Part shown: positions 30,701 to 38,365 of the stretch, piece after piece
Layout of the letters: every line of letters begins with the position of its first letter
How positions within the stretch are numbered: position 1 is the stretch's first letter
Source: Chitinophagia bacterium
GTDB lineage: Bacteria > Bacteroidota > Bacteroidia > Chitinophagales > Chitinophagaceae
Direction: 5' to 3'
DNA: 64,000 bases
Assembly: GCA_046309555.1 (NCBI GenBank)
Contig: JBKCOY010000066.1
Location: 2,694-66,693 of the forward strand
Notes under the pieces: model-generated
Told to the model about the DNA's origin: nothing
Database searches by the model: none
What the model saw: only the letters and a program-made list of their open reading frames with translations
Position numbers and translations under genes: made by a program

Positions 30701-31239
30701 CTTATGGATTTGAAACCAGGGATTTTAAAGATCTATCTCTTCGTGTTAGAAGCAACTGGATCAAAATGTTTACCCTGGATCTTATAGCGAAAACAAACCA
30801 AAATGTATTGAAGACTCCTGGATTTCAAAACAGAAATTACTCGGTGAGATCAAATGTATTGGAACCGAGGCTAACCTTCACCTACGGAACCAAACTCAGG
30901 TTGCAGGCAGGTTATAAAAATGACAACAAACAGAACGGAAACACTGAATCAGCCAAAATAAAAACAGTTTCTGTAGATGGCAAATACAACTTGGTTTCGA
31001 ATACTTCTGTTGCTTCGAAACTTTCATTGAGCAACATCAGTTTCAATGGTGTTCCTTCTTCAACCCTTGGATATGTCATGCTGGAGGGGTTGCAACCGGG
31101 TAAGAATTTCATCTGGACCATGGATGTTACCAAGAGGCTGGGTGCATTCATGGAGATCAGTATTCAATACGAGGGGAGGCAGTCAGGAACTTCCGGGATG
31201 GTACATTTGGGCAGAGCCCAGGTAAGGGCTCTGCTCTGA
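27790..31239 (+). CDS. Large (1149 aa) exported hypothetical protein, probable outer-membrane beta-barrel; GTG start
   Basis: Signal peptide, extensive alternating beta-strand pattern in the C-terminal half, ends with HLGRAQVRALL. Confidence 0.7.
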   Translation: MVSKRIIALLFLTIGVLVSQGQDISNIRTKLYRISGETILIDSSVVVPNSLKISGVDSADFVMDYTRGLLNWKKIPPLKEIWISYRVMPFSLGQVSKRLSFDSVFYRFGITPEKLSGKTSNQKPLDFGKLSSNGSIGRSLSFGNRQDAVFNSSLNLQLNGYMGDSILINAAISDNNIPIQPDGNTQNLNEFDQVYIQFSKEKWKLSVGDLDIRQNQQYYLNFYKRLQGISYAAETNISPTIKNQVLASGAVAKGKFTRNVFQGVEGNQGPYRLKGANQELFFIVLAGTERVFIDGELMQRGEDQDYVINYNTAEVTFMPKQMITKDKRIQIEFEYADRNFLNSQLYLNNKIEVDKKLSISVGYFGNTDARNSPINQTLDAGQKQFLSSIGNNINQAFYPAAVADTFSQGKLLYKKTDTLRSNGKRDTIFVYQKTVAPDLYALSFSDLGEGMGNYVLDKEIAANGKVFKWVAPDAQTGKKSGRYEPVILLVAPKKQSIFSVSAKWNATENTSLAADLALSNYDPNRFSNVNGQYGQAARIIFDNTQLLNRDKGVSLKTNLNAEYNSSGFKPVERLRTVEFTRDWGLDLVVIPAEEKLLRSEFMVEDKEGSSLNYQLGGYSRNSDFKAIRNQLMHKVSKKGWVLNNQFSLTSFNDDLQKGFFLRPIVDVSKKIPSLSNREFSARYTLENTTTTNKTTEALTPGSFSFSTLQVATQSDPEKANKWGLKYFTRTDALPLGKELLRSDQSHNINLNGEWMSNEHHQIRFNATYRKLKVINDLFNTRPDEAILGRVEYFTDLWKGAINGTTLYELGSGQEPRKDFTYFEVPAGQGEYAWIDYNNDGLQQINEFEVARFRDQARFIRVFTPTSEFIRADYLNYNYNLVFNPSLALKQERGSLLEEFLKRIYFQSSLQVTNKQTANGNRNFNPFSGNFVDTSLITNERIQSHTLSYNRLSQVWGIDLNYLQNGNKAFLSYGFETRDFKDLSLRVRSNWIKMFTLDLIAKTNQNVLKTPGFQNRNYSVRSNVLEPRLTFTYGTKLRLQAGYKNDNKQNGNTESAKIKTVSVDGKYNLVSNTSVASKLSLSNISFNGVPSSTLGYVMLEGLQPGKNFIWTMDVTKRLGAFMEISIQYEGRQSGTSGMVHLGRAQVRALL

Positions 31240-31243
31240 TTAC

Positions 31244-32203
31244 TTATTTGAGTATGGCAATTCCTTCTCCGATCTTGAAACCATTCTGGTAAACAAGGAT
31301 GGAGTAGTTTCCTTTTACATATTTTTCAGTTTGTCGCAAATCAAAGCCAACATACTTCACTTCACCGGTTTTGTATTCTACATCTATTTTGGTGGTGAAG
31401 TTTATCTGACCATCTTTTCTTGTTCCAACTTTTCCTGATCCCAGTGATTCTTCAGCTATCACCTTTCCTTCGGGATCTTTGGCAACAATATAAAGTTGTT
31501 TAATGCCTGCTGTTGCGATCATGTTCTCATCAAGGTTGAAGGAGATCCTTAGTTTGTCGGCTCTTTTGGCCGAAGAAGTTGATTTTTCCTTTCCGGAATT
31601 ACGTTCATTGATTGCGCTGATCTTAAATCCGGAGGCATGCAATGTTGAACCTACATCAACTTTATTTTCTGCCTCTTTTCTGGCAGCTTCTGTAGTTGCC
31701 AGGTTGCTGCTCAGGTTCTGGTTTTCTGTAGTTAGGTTATTCTTATCGGTTGTCAGCTGCTGGTTCTCAGCCTGCAGTCTTTCAATCTCTTTTACATAGT
31801 CACTTATTTTTCCATTCAATTCAGCTACCAGGCTTTTGGCTTCTGCAAGATCAGCTTTTGTAGCATTCTGTTTGGCAATAAGTGTTTTGAACTTATCCTT
31901 GATGATACCCAGTTCCTTATCACGTGTTTTCACCAGACTATCCAGGCCGCTGTTCATGGAGGTAAGATCTGTTATCCTCATCATGGCCTCATCGTATTCT
32001 TGCTGAACTTGATTTTTTGCGGAATCAAGTGTGGCATATTGAGCATCTTTCTCTGAAATGACTGCATTGGCCTGGTTTCTGGCATAGAAAAAATAGCCCC
32101 AGGAAGCAACCAACAATACGAGTAATAAAATGATGATGTTATTTTTGTTGTCTTTTTTGGTACCGGTTTCAAAATTTCCGGAAGATGGGTAATTGGAAGA
32201 CAT
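31244..32203 (-). CDS. Membrane-anchored coiled-coil hypothetical protein
   Basis: N-terminal TM IIILLLVLLVASWGYFF, long heptad-like region, beta-rich C-terminal domain. Confidence 0.75.
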   Translation of the reverse strand: MSSNYPSSGNFETGTKKDNKNNIIILLLVLLVASWGYFFYARNQANAVISEKDAQYATLDSAKNQVQQEYDEAMMRITDLTSMNSGLDSLVKTRDKELGIIKDKFKTLIAKQNATKADLAEAKSLVAELNGKISDYVKEIERLQAENQQLTTDKNNLTTENQNLSSNLATTEAARKEAENKVDVGSTLHASGFKISAINERNSGKEKSTSSAKRADKLRISFNLDENMIATAGIKQLYIVAKDPEGKVIAEESLGSGKVGTRKDGQINFTTKIDVEYKTGEVKYVGFDLRQTEKYVKGNYSILVYQNGFKIGEGIAILK

Positions 32204-32302
32204 AGATATAAGTTAAATGGTTAAAAATTTGGATGAAGGTACCTTCTTTTTCAATCAGGAATCTGTTAAAATCATCTAAAAGGACTCAAAAAAATCTTTT
32301 GG

Positions 32303-32310
32303 TATCTTTG
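32303..32310 (+). promoter_or_regulatory. -7 promoter element TATCTTTG for holA
   Basis: TAnnTTTG match 22 nt before the ATG. Confidence 0.55.
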
Positions 32311-32332
32311 ATATTCCTCCACCCAAGAGTTC

Positions 32333-33337
32333 ATGTCTTCAGAAAAAATTTTATCGGATTGGAAAAGAAAAGCCACTCATCCAGTTTACTGGCTGGAGGG
32401 AGAGGAGGCGTATGAAATTGACAAGCTCACAGACATGGCCGGTGACCTTTTGTTGACTCCGGAAGAAATGAGTTTCAATTATTCCTGTTTCTACGGAAAG
32501 GATTCTAAGATTGAAGATGTGATCAATGCTTGTCGCAGATATCCAATGTTTGCGGACAGACAGGTGGTGGTGATAAAAGAAGCACAGCAATTGAAAGATA
32601 TTGAGCGGTTTGAAAACTATATTTCCAATCCGCTGACATCCACTGTGCTGGTTGTGGCATTTAAGGATAAAAAACTTGATGGAAGAGGCAAGCTGGCCAA
32701 GGTTTTGAAATCAAAAGCGGTGGTACTTACCACCAAAAAACTTTACGATAATGAATTGCCGGATTGGACTTCAAATCTGATCTCATCAAAGGGGCTTGAG
32801 ATCAGCAGCAAGGCCCTACACATGCTGGTTGATCACATTGGCAATGATCTCAAGAGAATAGAAAATGAGATTGAAAAGATCAGTGTCAACCTCAATGGAA
32901 AAAATAAGATCAACGAAGATGATATAGAACAATTTGTAGGCGTTAGCAAGGAGTTCAATATTTTTGAAATGCAGGCTGCCATCGCTTCTCGAGATCTTGC
33001 CAAAACATTGCGGATTCTCAACTATTTTTCTTCCAATCCCAAAGCAGCACCTATTCAACTCATTCTTCCAGTACTGTATTCATTCTTTAGTAAAGTTTAC
33101 CTGGCTTACGCTTCCAATAGCAGGGATGAATATTCAATTGCTTCGTCACTCGGACTCAAACCATTCATGGCAAGACAATACATCGGTGCCATGCAGTGTT
33201 ATGGATATGGTGATGTTCAGCGGATCTTGCTTTTGCTGAATGATGCCAATCTAAAAAGTCTGGGTGTTAACAGGGCTGATACTGATGATGAAAGTATCCT
33301 GAAAGAATTCATTTTTAAAATCATGCACCCTTACTGA
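32333..33337 (+). CDS. holA: DNA polymerase III delta subunit
   Basis: VYWLEGEE, RYPMFADRQVVVIKEAQ, DHIGNDL..I.NEIEK, EFNIFEMQ. Confidence 0.92.
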   Translation: MSSEKILSDWKRKATHPVYWLEGEEAYEIDKLTDMAGDLLLTPEEMSFNYSCFYGKDSKIEDVINACRRYPMFADRQVVVIKEAQQLKDIERFENYISNPLTSTVLVVAFKDKKLDGRGKLAKVLKSKAVVLTTKKLYDNELPDWTSNLISSKGLEISSKALHMLVDHIGNDLKRIENEIEKISVNLNGKNKINEDDIEQFVGVSKEFNIFEMQAAIASRDLAKTLRILNYFSSNPKAAPIQLILPVLYSFFSKVYLAYASNSRDEYSIASSLGLKPFMARQYIGAMQCYGYGDVQRILLLLNDANLKSLGVNRADTDDESILKEFIFKIMHPY

Positions 33338-34275
33338 AACTCCTTCAACAACTGCATGATGTTGTTTTTGTCTGTGTTGAGCTGTTCCTTCAATGCGTCA
33401 AGTCCTGAAAATTTCATTTCCTTTCGGGTATAAGCGAGCAATTCAACAGTAAGTCTTTTGCTGTAGATCTCTTCATCGAAATCAAAAATATGCACCTCAA
33501 TCCTACGTTCTTTTCCGTTGACGGTGGGTCTGTAACCGATGTTCATCATGCCCTTGAAATGCCTTTGATTTCCTTTCTCTTCCAGGTGAACCGCAACAGC
33601 ATATACCCCCGATGATGGAATGAGCTTGTCGCTATCAGTAATGGCCAGATTCGCAGTAGGATAACCCAAAGTGCGGCCCAGTCTATCACCTTCAACCACA
33701 ATCCCTGTGAGCCTAAAGGGATAAGATAGCAGCTCATTGGCAGTCTTGATGTTTCCGTTCAGCAGTGCCTGTCTGATCTCGGTTGAGCTGATTCTTGACT
33801 GATCGAGCATGGTCTCCGGGATTTCACATACTGCATATTGATACTGTTCGCCCAATTTTGTCAATAATTGAAAATCGCCGGTCCTGTCTTTCCCAAATTT
33901 GTGATCATATCCGATCACGATGCATCTGGGTTGGAAATATTGAACCAGAAAATCTTTTACATAATCTTCTGCTTTGATATCCGAAAATGTAGGATCAAAA
34001 GGGACCACCACCAGATGATCAACTCCATGTTTCTGAAATTGATTGATACGTTCATCGAGGCTGGTCAGCAGGGAAGGTGCATCGGGATTGCTCAATACTC
34101 TTCTGGGATGGGGATGAAAGGTCAGCACGATACTTTCCCCCTCAACCAGTTTCGCCTGGTGGAGCAAGGTCTTCAATATGGCCTGATGGCCGGTATGCAC
34201 GCCATCGAATGTACCGATGGTGATGACTGCATTGGTAAAGGCAGGGAGAGCGTTGAGTTGAAAATGTACCTGCAT
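33331..34275 (-). CDS. ribF: Bifunctional riboflavin kinase/FAD synthetase
   Basis: IGTFDGVHTGH, GYDHKFG, ISSTEIR, GRTLGYPTAN, NIGYRPT, IEVHIFDF. Confidence 0.96.
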   Translation of the reverse strand: MQVHFQLNALPAFTNAVITIGTFDGVHTGHQAILKTLLHQAKLVEGESIVLTFHPHPRRVLSNPDAPSLLTSLDERINQFQKHGVDHLVVVPFDPTFSDIKAEDYVKDFLVQYFQPRCIVIGYDHKFGKDRTGDFQLLTKLGEQYQYAVCEIPETMLDQSRISSTEIRQALLNGNIKTANELLSYPFRLTGIVVEGDRLGRTLGYPTANLAITDSDKLIPSSGVYAVAVHLEEKGNQRHFKGMMNIGYRPTVNGKERRIEVHIFDFDEEIYSKRLTVELLAYTRKEMKFSGLDALKEQLNTDKNNIMQLLKEFQ

Positions 34276-34283
34276 AAGGTTCG

Positions 34284-34291
34284 CAAAATTA
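34284..34291 (-). promoter_or_regulatory. -7 promoter element TAATTTTG(C) for ribF
   Basis: caaaatta on + strand, 8 nt from the start codon. Confidence 0.5.
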
Positions 34292-34365
34292 ACTCAATTG
34301 TGAGAATCAACACACTGTTGAAAAGAAGAATGCCCCTAATTTCTTGTCGTTTCAGTCATCTAAAG

Positions 34366-34373
34366 TAGATTTG
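34366..34373 (+). promoter_or_regulatory. -7 promoter element TAGATTTG(C) for purM-ftsE
   Basis: TAnnTTTG match 18 nt before ATG 34392. Confidence 0.55.
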
Positions 34374-34391
34374 CTCATACTTTATCCATCC

Positions 34392-35567
34392 ATGAGTTTA
34401 TACCAGCAAAGAGGTGTTTCAGCCCAGAAAGAAGAAGTACATGCTGCCATAAAAGGACTCGATCAGGGTCTTTATCCCCATGCTTTTTGTAAGATGTATC
34501 CGGATTATTTGACTGGATCTGAAGATCATGTGAACATCATGCATGCAGATGGGGCCGGTACCAAAAGTATTCTGGCATATCTCTATTGGAAAGAAACCGG
34601 AGATATTTCAGTATGGAGAGGTATTGCACAGGATGCCATTGTGATGAATTTGGATGATCTGTTGTGCGTTGGGGTATATGACAACATTATTTTCAATTCT
34701 ACCATCGACCGAAATAAAAATCTCATTCCGGGAGAGGTGCTGACTGAGATCATCCATGGTTCCAGCCAGTTGTTTTCAGATCTGTCTGATATGGGAGTGA
34801 ATATTCACTACCTCGGAGGGGAGACAGCAGATGTGGGAGACGTGGTCAGAACAATTGCGGTAAATGGCACCATGACAGCACGCTGGCCCAGGAAAAAACT
34901 GATCACAAACGAGAAGATCGCACCCGGCAATGTGATTGTAGGATTATCTTCTTCCGGTAAGTCCACTTACGAAAAGGAATACAACAGCGGTATAGGCAGC
35001 AATGGACTTACCAGTGCTCGCCATGATTTTTTTGATAAAGTTTATGCCAATAAATATCCAGAGTCGTATGATCCGGCGCTCAACAATGATGTGGTCTATA
35101 TCGGAAAACACAGGCTCACTGATTTGGTTGACATACCCGGTTTTACCGTTGATGCCGGCAAACTGGTGTTGAGCCCGACACGTACATTTGCGCCCATCAT
35201 CAAAAAAGTACTGGATGGACATTTTGAGAATATTTATGGAATCATACACGACAGCGGAGGTGGACAAACCAAATGCCTCAAGTACCTGCCCGGGCCCATG
35301 AAGATTGTGAAAGACAATTTGTTTATGCCTCCACCCGTTTTTCAATTGATTCGCGAAGCCAGCGGCGCAGATGAACGGGAGATGTTTCAGGTATTTAACA
35401 TGGGATGCAGGATGGAGATTTATACGGATGAACAAACTGCAAAATCCATCATCGAAATTGCATCTTCTTTTGATGTTGATGCTCAAATTATTGGAAGAGT
35501 GGAGCCTTGTGTGACAAAAGAGCTTTATATACAAATGAATGGTCATTCCTTTACTTTTACTTCATAA
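34392..35567 (+). CDS. purM: Phosphoribosylformylglycinamidine cyclo-ligase (AIR synthase), Bacteroidota type
   Basis: Y.QRGVSAQKE, HADGAGTKS, MNLDDLLC, GGETADVGD, SNGLTSARH, HDSGGG, VFNMG. Confidence 0.9.
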   Translation: MSLYQQRGVSAQKEEVHAAIKGLDQGLYPHAFCKMYPDYLTGSEDHVNIMHADGAGTKSILAYLYWKETGDISVWRGIAQDAIVMNLDDLLCVGVYDNIIFNSTIDRNKNLIPGEVLTEIIHGSSQLFSDLSDMGVNIHYLGGETADVGDVVRTIAVNGTMTARWPRKKLITNEKIAPGNVIVGLSSSGKSTYEKEYNSGIGSNGLTSARHDFFDKVYANKYPESYDPALNNDVVYIGKHRLTDLVDIPGFTVDAGKLVLSPTRTFAPIIKKVLDGHFENIYGIIHDSGGGQTKCLKYLPGPMKIVKDNLFMPPPVFQLIREASGADEREMFQVFNMGCRMEIYTDEQTAKSIIEIASSFDVDAQIIGRVEPCVTKELYIQMNGHSFTFTS

Positions 35568-35576
35568 TTGATTGAT

Positions 35577-36263
35577 ATGAACGAAACAGTGCTGTCCATA
35601 CAGAATGCCAATATTTATCAGGGAGACTCTCTGATATTGAGTGATGTAAATATCAATATTTCAAGAAGTGAATTTGTTTATCTGGTGGGTAAAACCGGCA
35701 CCGGTAAATCCAGCCTGCTCAAAACATTATATGGTGAATTGCCATTGAGGGAAGGAAGGGCAGTGGTGGCCGGATTTGATCTGAAAGACCTTACCTGGAA
35801 AACAGTCCCTTTCCTCAGAAGAAACATAGGCATTGTGTTTCAGGATTTTCAGTTGCTCACAGACAGGAATGTTCATGATAACCTGAAATTTGTGTTGAGT
35901 GCTACAGGATGGAAGGATGAGAAACTGATAGAGGATAAGATTGAAGATGTACTGGGAAAAGTAGGATTGAAGACAAAGGGATTCAAGTTCCCTTATGAAC
36001 TTTCCGGCGGGGAGCAACAGCGTGTAGACATTGCCAGAGCACTTTTGAATTCACCCAGGTTGATCCTGGCAGATGAGCCTACAGGTAATCTTGATCCTGA
36101 AACCACTGAGGAGATCATGAATCTCTTGGTTCAAATTAGCAAGGACTTTGGCACGGCTATTGTGATGGCCACCCATGATTATATGGTGATCAATAAATAT
36201 CCTGCAAGAATGTTGAGAACAGAAAACGGGAAGGTTATGGATATTGCCGGTGTAGCAAGCTGA
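35577..36263 (+). CDS. ftsE: FtsE-like ABC ATP-binding protein
   Basis: [46 protein letters not shown]. Confidence 0.8.
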   Translation: MNETVLSIQNANIYQGDSLILSDVNINISRSEFVYLVGKTGTGKSSLLKTLYGELPLREGRAVVAGFDLKDLTWKTVPFLRRNIGIVFQDFQLLTDRNVHDNLKFVLSATGWKDEKLIEDKIEDVLGKVGLKTKGFKFPYELSGGEQQRVDIARALLNSPRLILADEPTGNLDPETTEEIMNLLVQISKDFGTAIVMATHDYMVINKYPARMLRTENGKVMDIAGVAS

Positions 36264-37350
36264 TCATTTTGTTTGCATTTGACTCATCAGAATCGATTTT
36301 TTCGATTTCCTTCAGCCGTTTATTTTTTGCATCTTCCAGAAACTCTTTTTTGAATAAATCTGCTGCCTTTTGTTTGAATTCTTCCGGGGATTCCGCAACA
36401 TCCAGCAAGCTTTGAAAAGGATTGCCGGCAACTGCTTTTGTATTCACCAGTACATGTCTTCCTATCAGCAGTGATTCAAGTATGTCAACATAGTTTTGCT
36501 GATCAATAAAGGAAGGCAACAAAACGAGCTGTGCTTTTTTGATAAGTTCCTTCAATTCCATTTCTCCCGGATTTGATACCAGACAAGTATGCATCCTCAC
36601 ATGAGCTGCATGTTCAAGTTCTTCAGATGGATTTTTTCCGGCGATCACAAATGGTAACTCCAGCTCATTGAAAACATGTTCCAGCAGCCACTGAGCGGCA
36701 AATTCATTTTCTCTTTTGGAAAGATCACTATAATAGAGACAGAAGGATCCAAGACCATCCTTGAAGAAAATTTCAGATTGCCCCTTGAATTCAGCAACCT
36801 TGATGATGTTCGTTGCATTGGCCTGGTTATCCATGCTGCTTGCAATAGCCCTGTGGGAAAGGATTTTTTGATATGTTTTTTCAGCCTTGAAAGCAGCCAG
36901 CAAATAATAAACCTTTCGAAATCCCCACGGAGTGACTTTGGCAAGATCCAACAGATAATTCGGTTCATTTCTTAAAAAACGAAACAATACCTTTCTAGCC
37001 TTCATTAAGGGTTCATCAAAAACGATTTGGGAAGCCTGAAAACCATGACAAACTATGGGATGATCATCTTTTTTTAAATTTTCCATCAACCGTTTCCGTT
37101 CTGCAGTGTCAATTTTCATTTTACCGAAGAAAAGATCTCTGTCTTCCTGAGTTTCCTGACAATACCCTATGATGTTTGCACAATGATCTTCTACCTGACT
37201 GAGATCTACCCGTTGGGGGTAAAAACAATGAAAATGTATTTTTTGCCCTATCTGATGCAGTGCCTTGATCATAAATAGCAGATCAGACTGGTTTGCCGAT
37301 ACAGTGGCGTTGCTTGATTTAAGGTATACTATATGTATATGGCTGGCCAT
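36235..37350 (-). CDS. Divergent GT-B (GT4-like) glycosyltransferase-like protein
   Basis: IKALH..G.KIHFHCF N-terminus, FVIAGKNP, LIKKAQLVLLPSF, SLLIGRHVLVN. Confidence 0.6.
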   Translation of the reverse strand: MASHIHIVYLKSSNATVSANQSDLLFMIKALHQIGQKIHFHCFYPQRVDLSQVEDHCANIIGYCQETQEDRDLFFGKMKIDTAERKRLMENLKKDDHPIVCHGFQASQIVFDEPLMKARKVLFRFLRNEPNYLLDLAKVTPWGFRKVYYLLAAFKAEKTYQKILSHRAIASSMDNQANATNIIKVAEFKGQSEIFFKDGLGSFCLYYSDLSKRENEFAAQWLLEHVFNELELPFVIAGKNPSEELEHAAHVRMHTCLVSNPGEMELKELIKKAQLVLLPSFIDQQNYVDILESLLIGRHVLVNTKAVAGNPFQSLLDVAESPEEFKQKAADLFKKEFLEDAKNKRLKEIEKIDSDESNANKMISLLHRQYP

Positions 37351-37389
37351 CTATACAAATAAATGGATTATTGCGACAATTGTTCTTAG

Positions 37390-37397
37390 TACCTTTG
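37390..37397 (+). promoter_or_regulatory. -7 promoter element TACCTTTG
   Basis: TAnnTTTG match 15 nt before ATG 37413. Confidence 0.5.
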
Positions 37398-37412
37398 ATA
37401 AAATTTTGTTAG

Positions 37413-37925
37413 ATGGACCAAAACGGATCTGAACCCAATGTTTCTCCTCTTCGCCCGAAGTCACTTACCATTTTGTGTTATCTGACCATATTTGCCAGCA
37501 TGTTCATGATCATGAGCTCTTTCGGAGGCATTTTTAATCCTGAAGACCAGACCAAACGTACCGAAGAATTGCTAAATGAATATGATGCAATGGTTTCACA
37601 AAGCACTCGTGACCCGAAGGCTTTGGAAGATTTCCAAAAGGGATTGAAATCGATTTCATTATCAAATACGTCGTCGAATACGCACGACTATAGCGTTTTT
37701 ACATTGATATTCAATGTGTTAACACTTTCTGGCGCTTTTCTGATGTTACGTCTCAGGAAAAATGGATTCAGGCTTTATGTGCTGGGAAATGTAATCGCCA
37801 TTGTTTCTGCTTTGCTCGTGTATGGATCAGGTAGCTGGTTAGGATTGGCGTATGCCGTCTATCACGGGTTCACCGGTTTTATTTTTGTGTTGCTTTATGC
37901 ATTGAAAATGAAATACATGGAATGA
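37413..37925 (+). CDS. Hypothetical integral membrane protein
   Basis: About four hydrophobic segments; RPKSLTILC.LT and GAFLM..LRKNGF.LY patterns. Confidence 0.75.
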   Translation: MDQNGSEPNVSPLRPKSLTILCYLTIFASMFMIMSSFGGIFNPEDQTKRTEELLNEYDAMVSQSTRDPKALEDFQKGLKSISLSNTSSNTHDYSVFTLIFNVLTLSGAFLMLRLRKNGFRLYVLGNVIAIVSALLVYGSGSWLGLAYAVYHGFTGFIFVLLYALKMKYME

Positions 37926-37965
37926 TCTTTGGGCATGATAAATTTGTGGTTTTCAAGAAATCCAC

Positions 37966-37975
37966 TACCTTTGCA
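37966..37975 (+). promoter_or_regulatory. -7 promoter element TACCTTTGCA for rpsO-pnp
   Basis: Extended consensus TAnnTTTGCA upstream of a ribosomal protein gene. Confidence 0.7.
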
Positions 37976-38020
37976 GCCAATTTTTCGATGTAATCTAAAG
38001 ATGAATTAAAAAAAACTGAG

Positions 38021-38293
38021 ATGTCAAGCGTATCAAAAGAAAAAAAAGTATCAATCGTTACAGAATTCGGTGGCAATGCTAAAAATACCGGTTCAATCGA
38101 TGCACAAGTTGCACTGTTAACAGCTGAGATCAATGAGATCTCCAATCACCTCAAATCCAACAAAAAGGATTTCTCGAGCAACAGAGGGTTGATGAGAAAG
38201 GTAGGACAAAGAAAAAGGCTCCTTTCTTACCTCAGCAAGCATAACCTCCAAGGTTACCGCGCCCTGATCGAAAAGCTCGGATTAAGAAAATAA
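38021..38293 (+). CDS. rpsO: 30S ribosomal protein S15
   Basis: NTGSIDAQVALLT, HLKSNKKDFSSNRGL...VGQRKRLLSYL. Confidence 0.97.
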   Translation: MSSVSKEKKVSIVTEFGGNAKNTGSIDAQVALLTAEINEISNHLKSNKKDFSSNRGLMRKVGQRKRLLSYLSKHNLQGYRALIEKLGLRK

Positions 38294-38309
38294 ATTTACT
38301 GAACAGTTT

Positions 38310-38345
38310 TATTCCCAACTTCCGGTTGGGAATATTGCTTTTTGG
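38310..38345 (+). terminator. Hairpin between rpsO and pnp (terminator or processing site)
   Basis: tattcccaac-ttccg-gttgggaata perfect 10-bp stem followed by ttgcttttt. Confidence 0.65.
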
Positions 38346-38365
38346 AACAATCCAAAAATCACATC

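Noticed and set aside
34944-35546. 200-aa - strand ORF, and similar ones at 33868-34368, 20470-20967, 39788-40339 and 17899-18378
   Set aside because: Fully or largely overlap conserved genes on the opposite strand; no family motifs.
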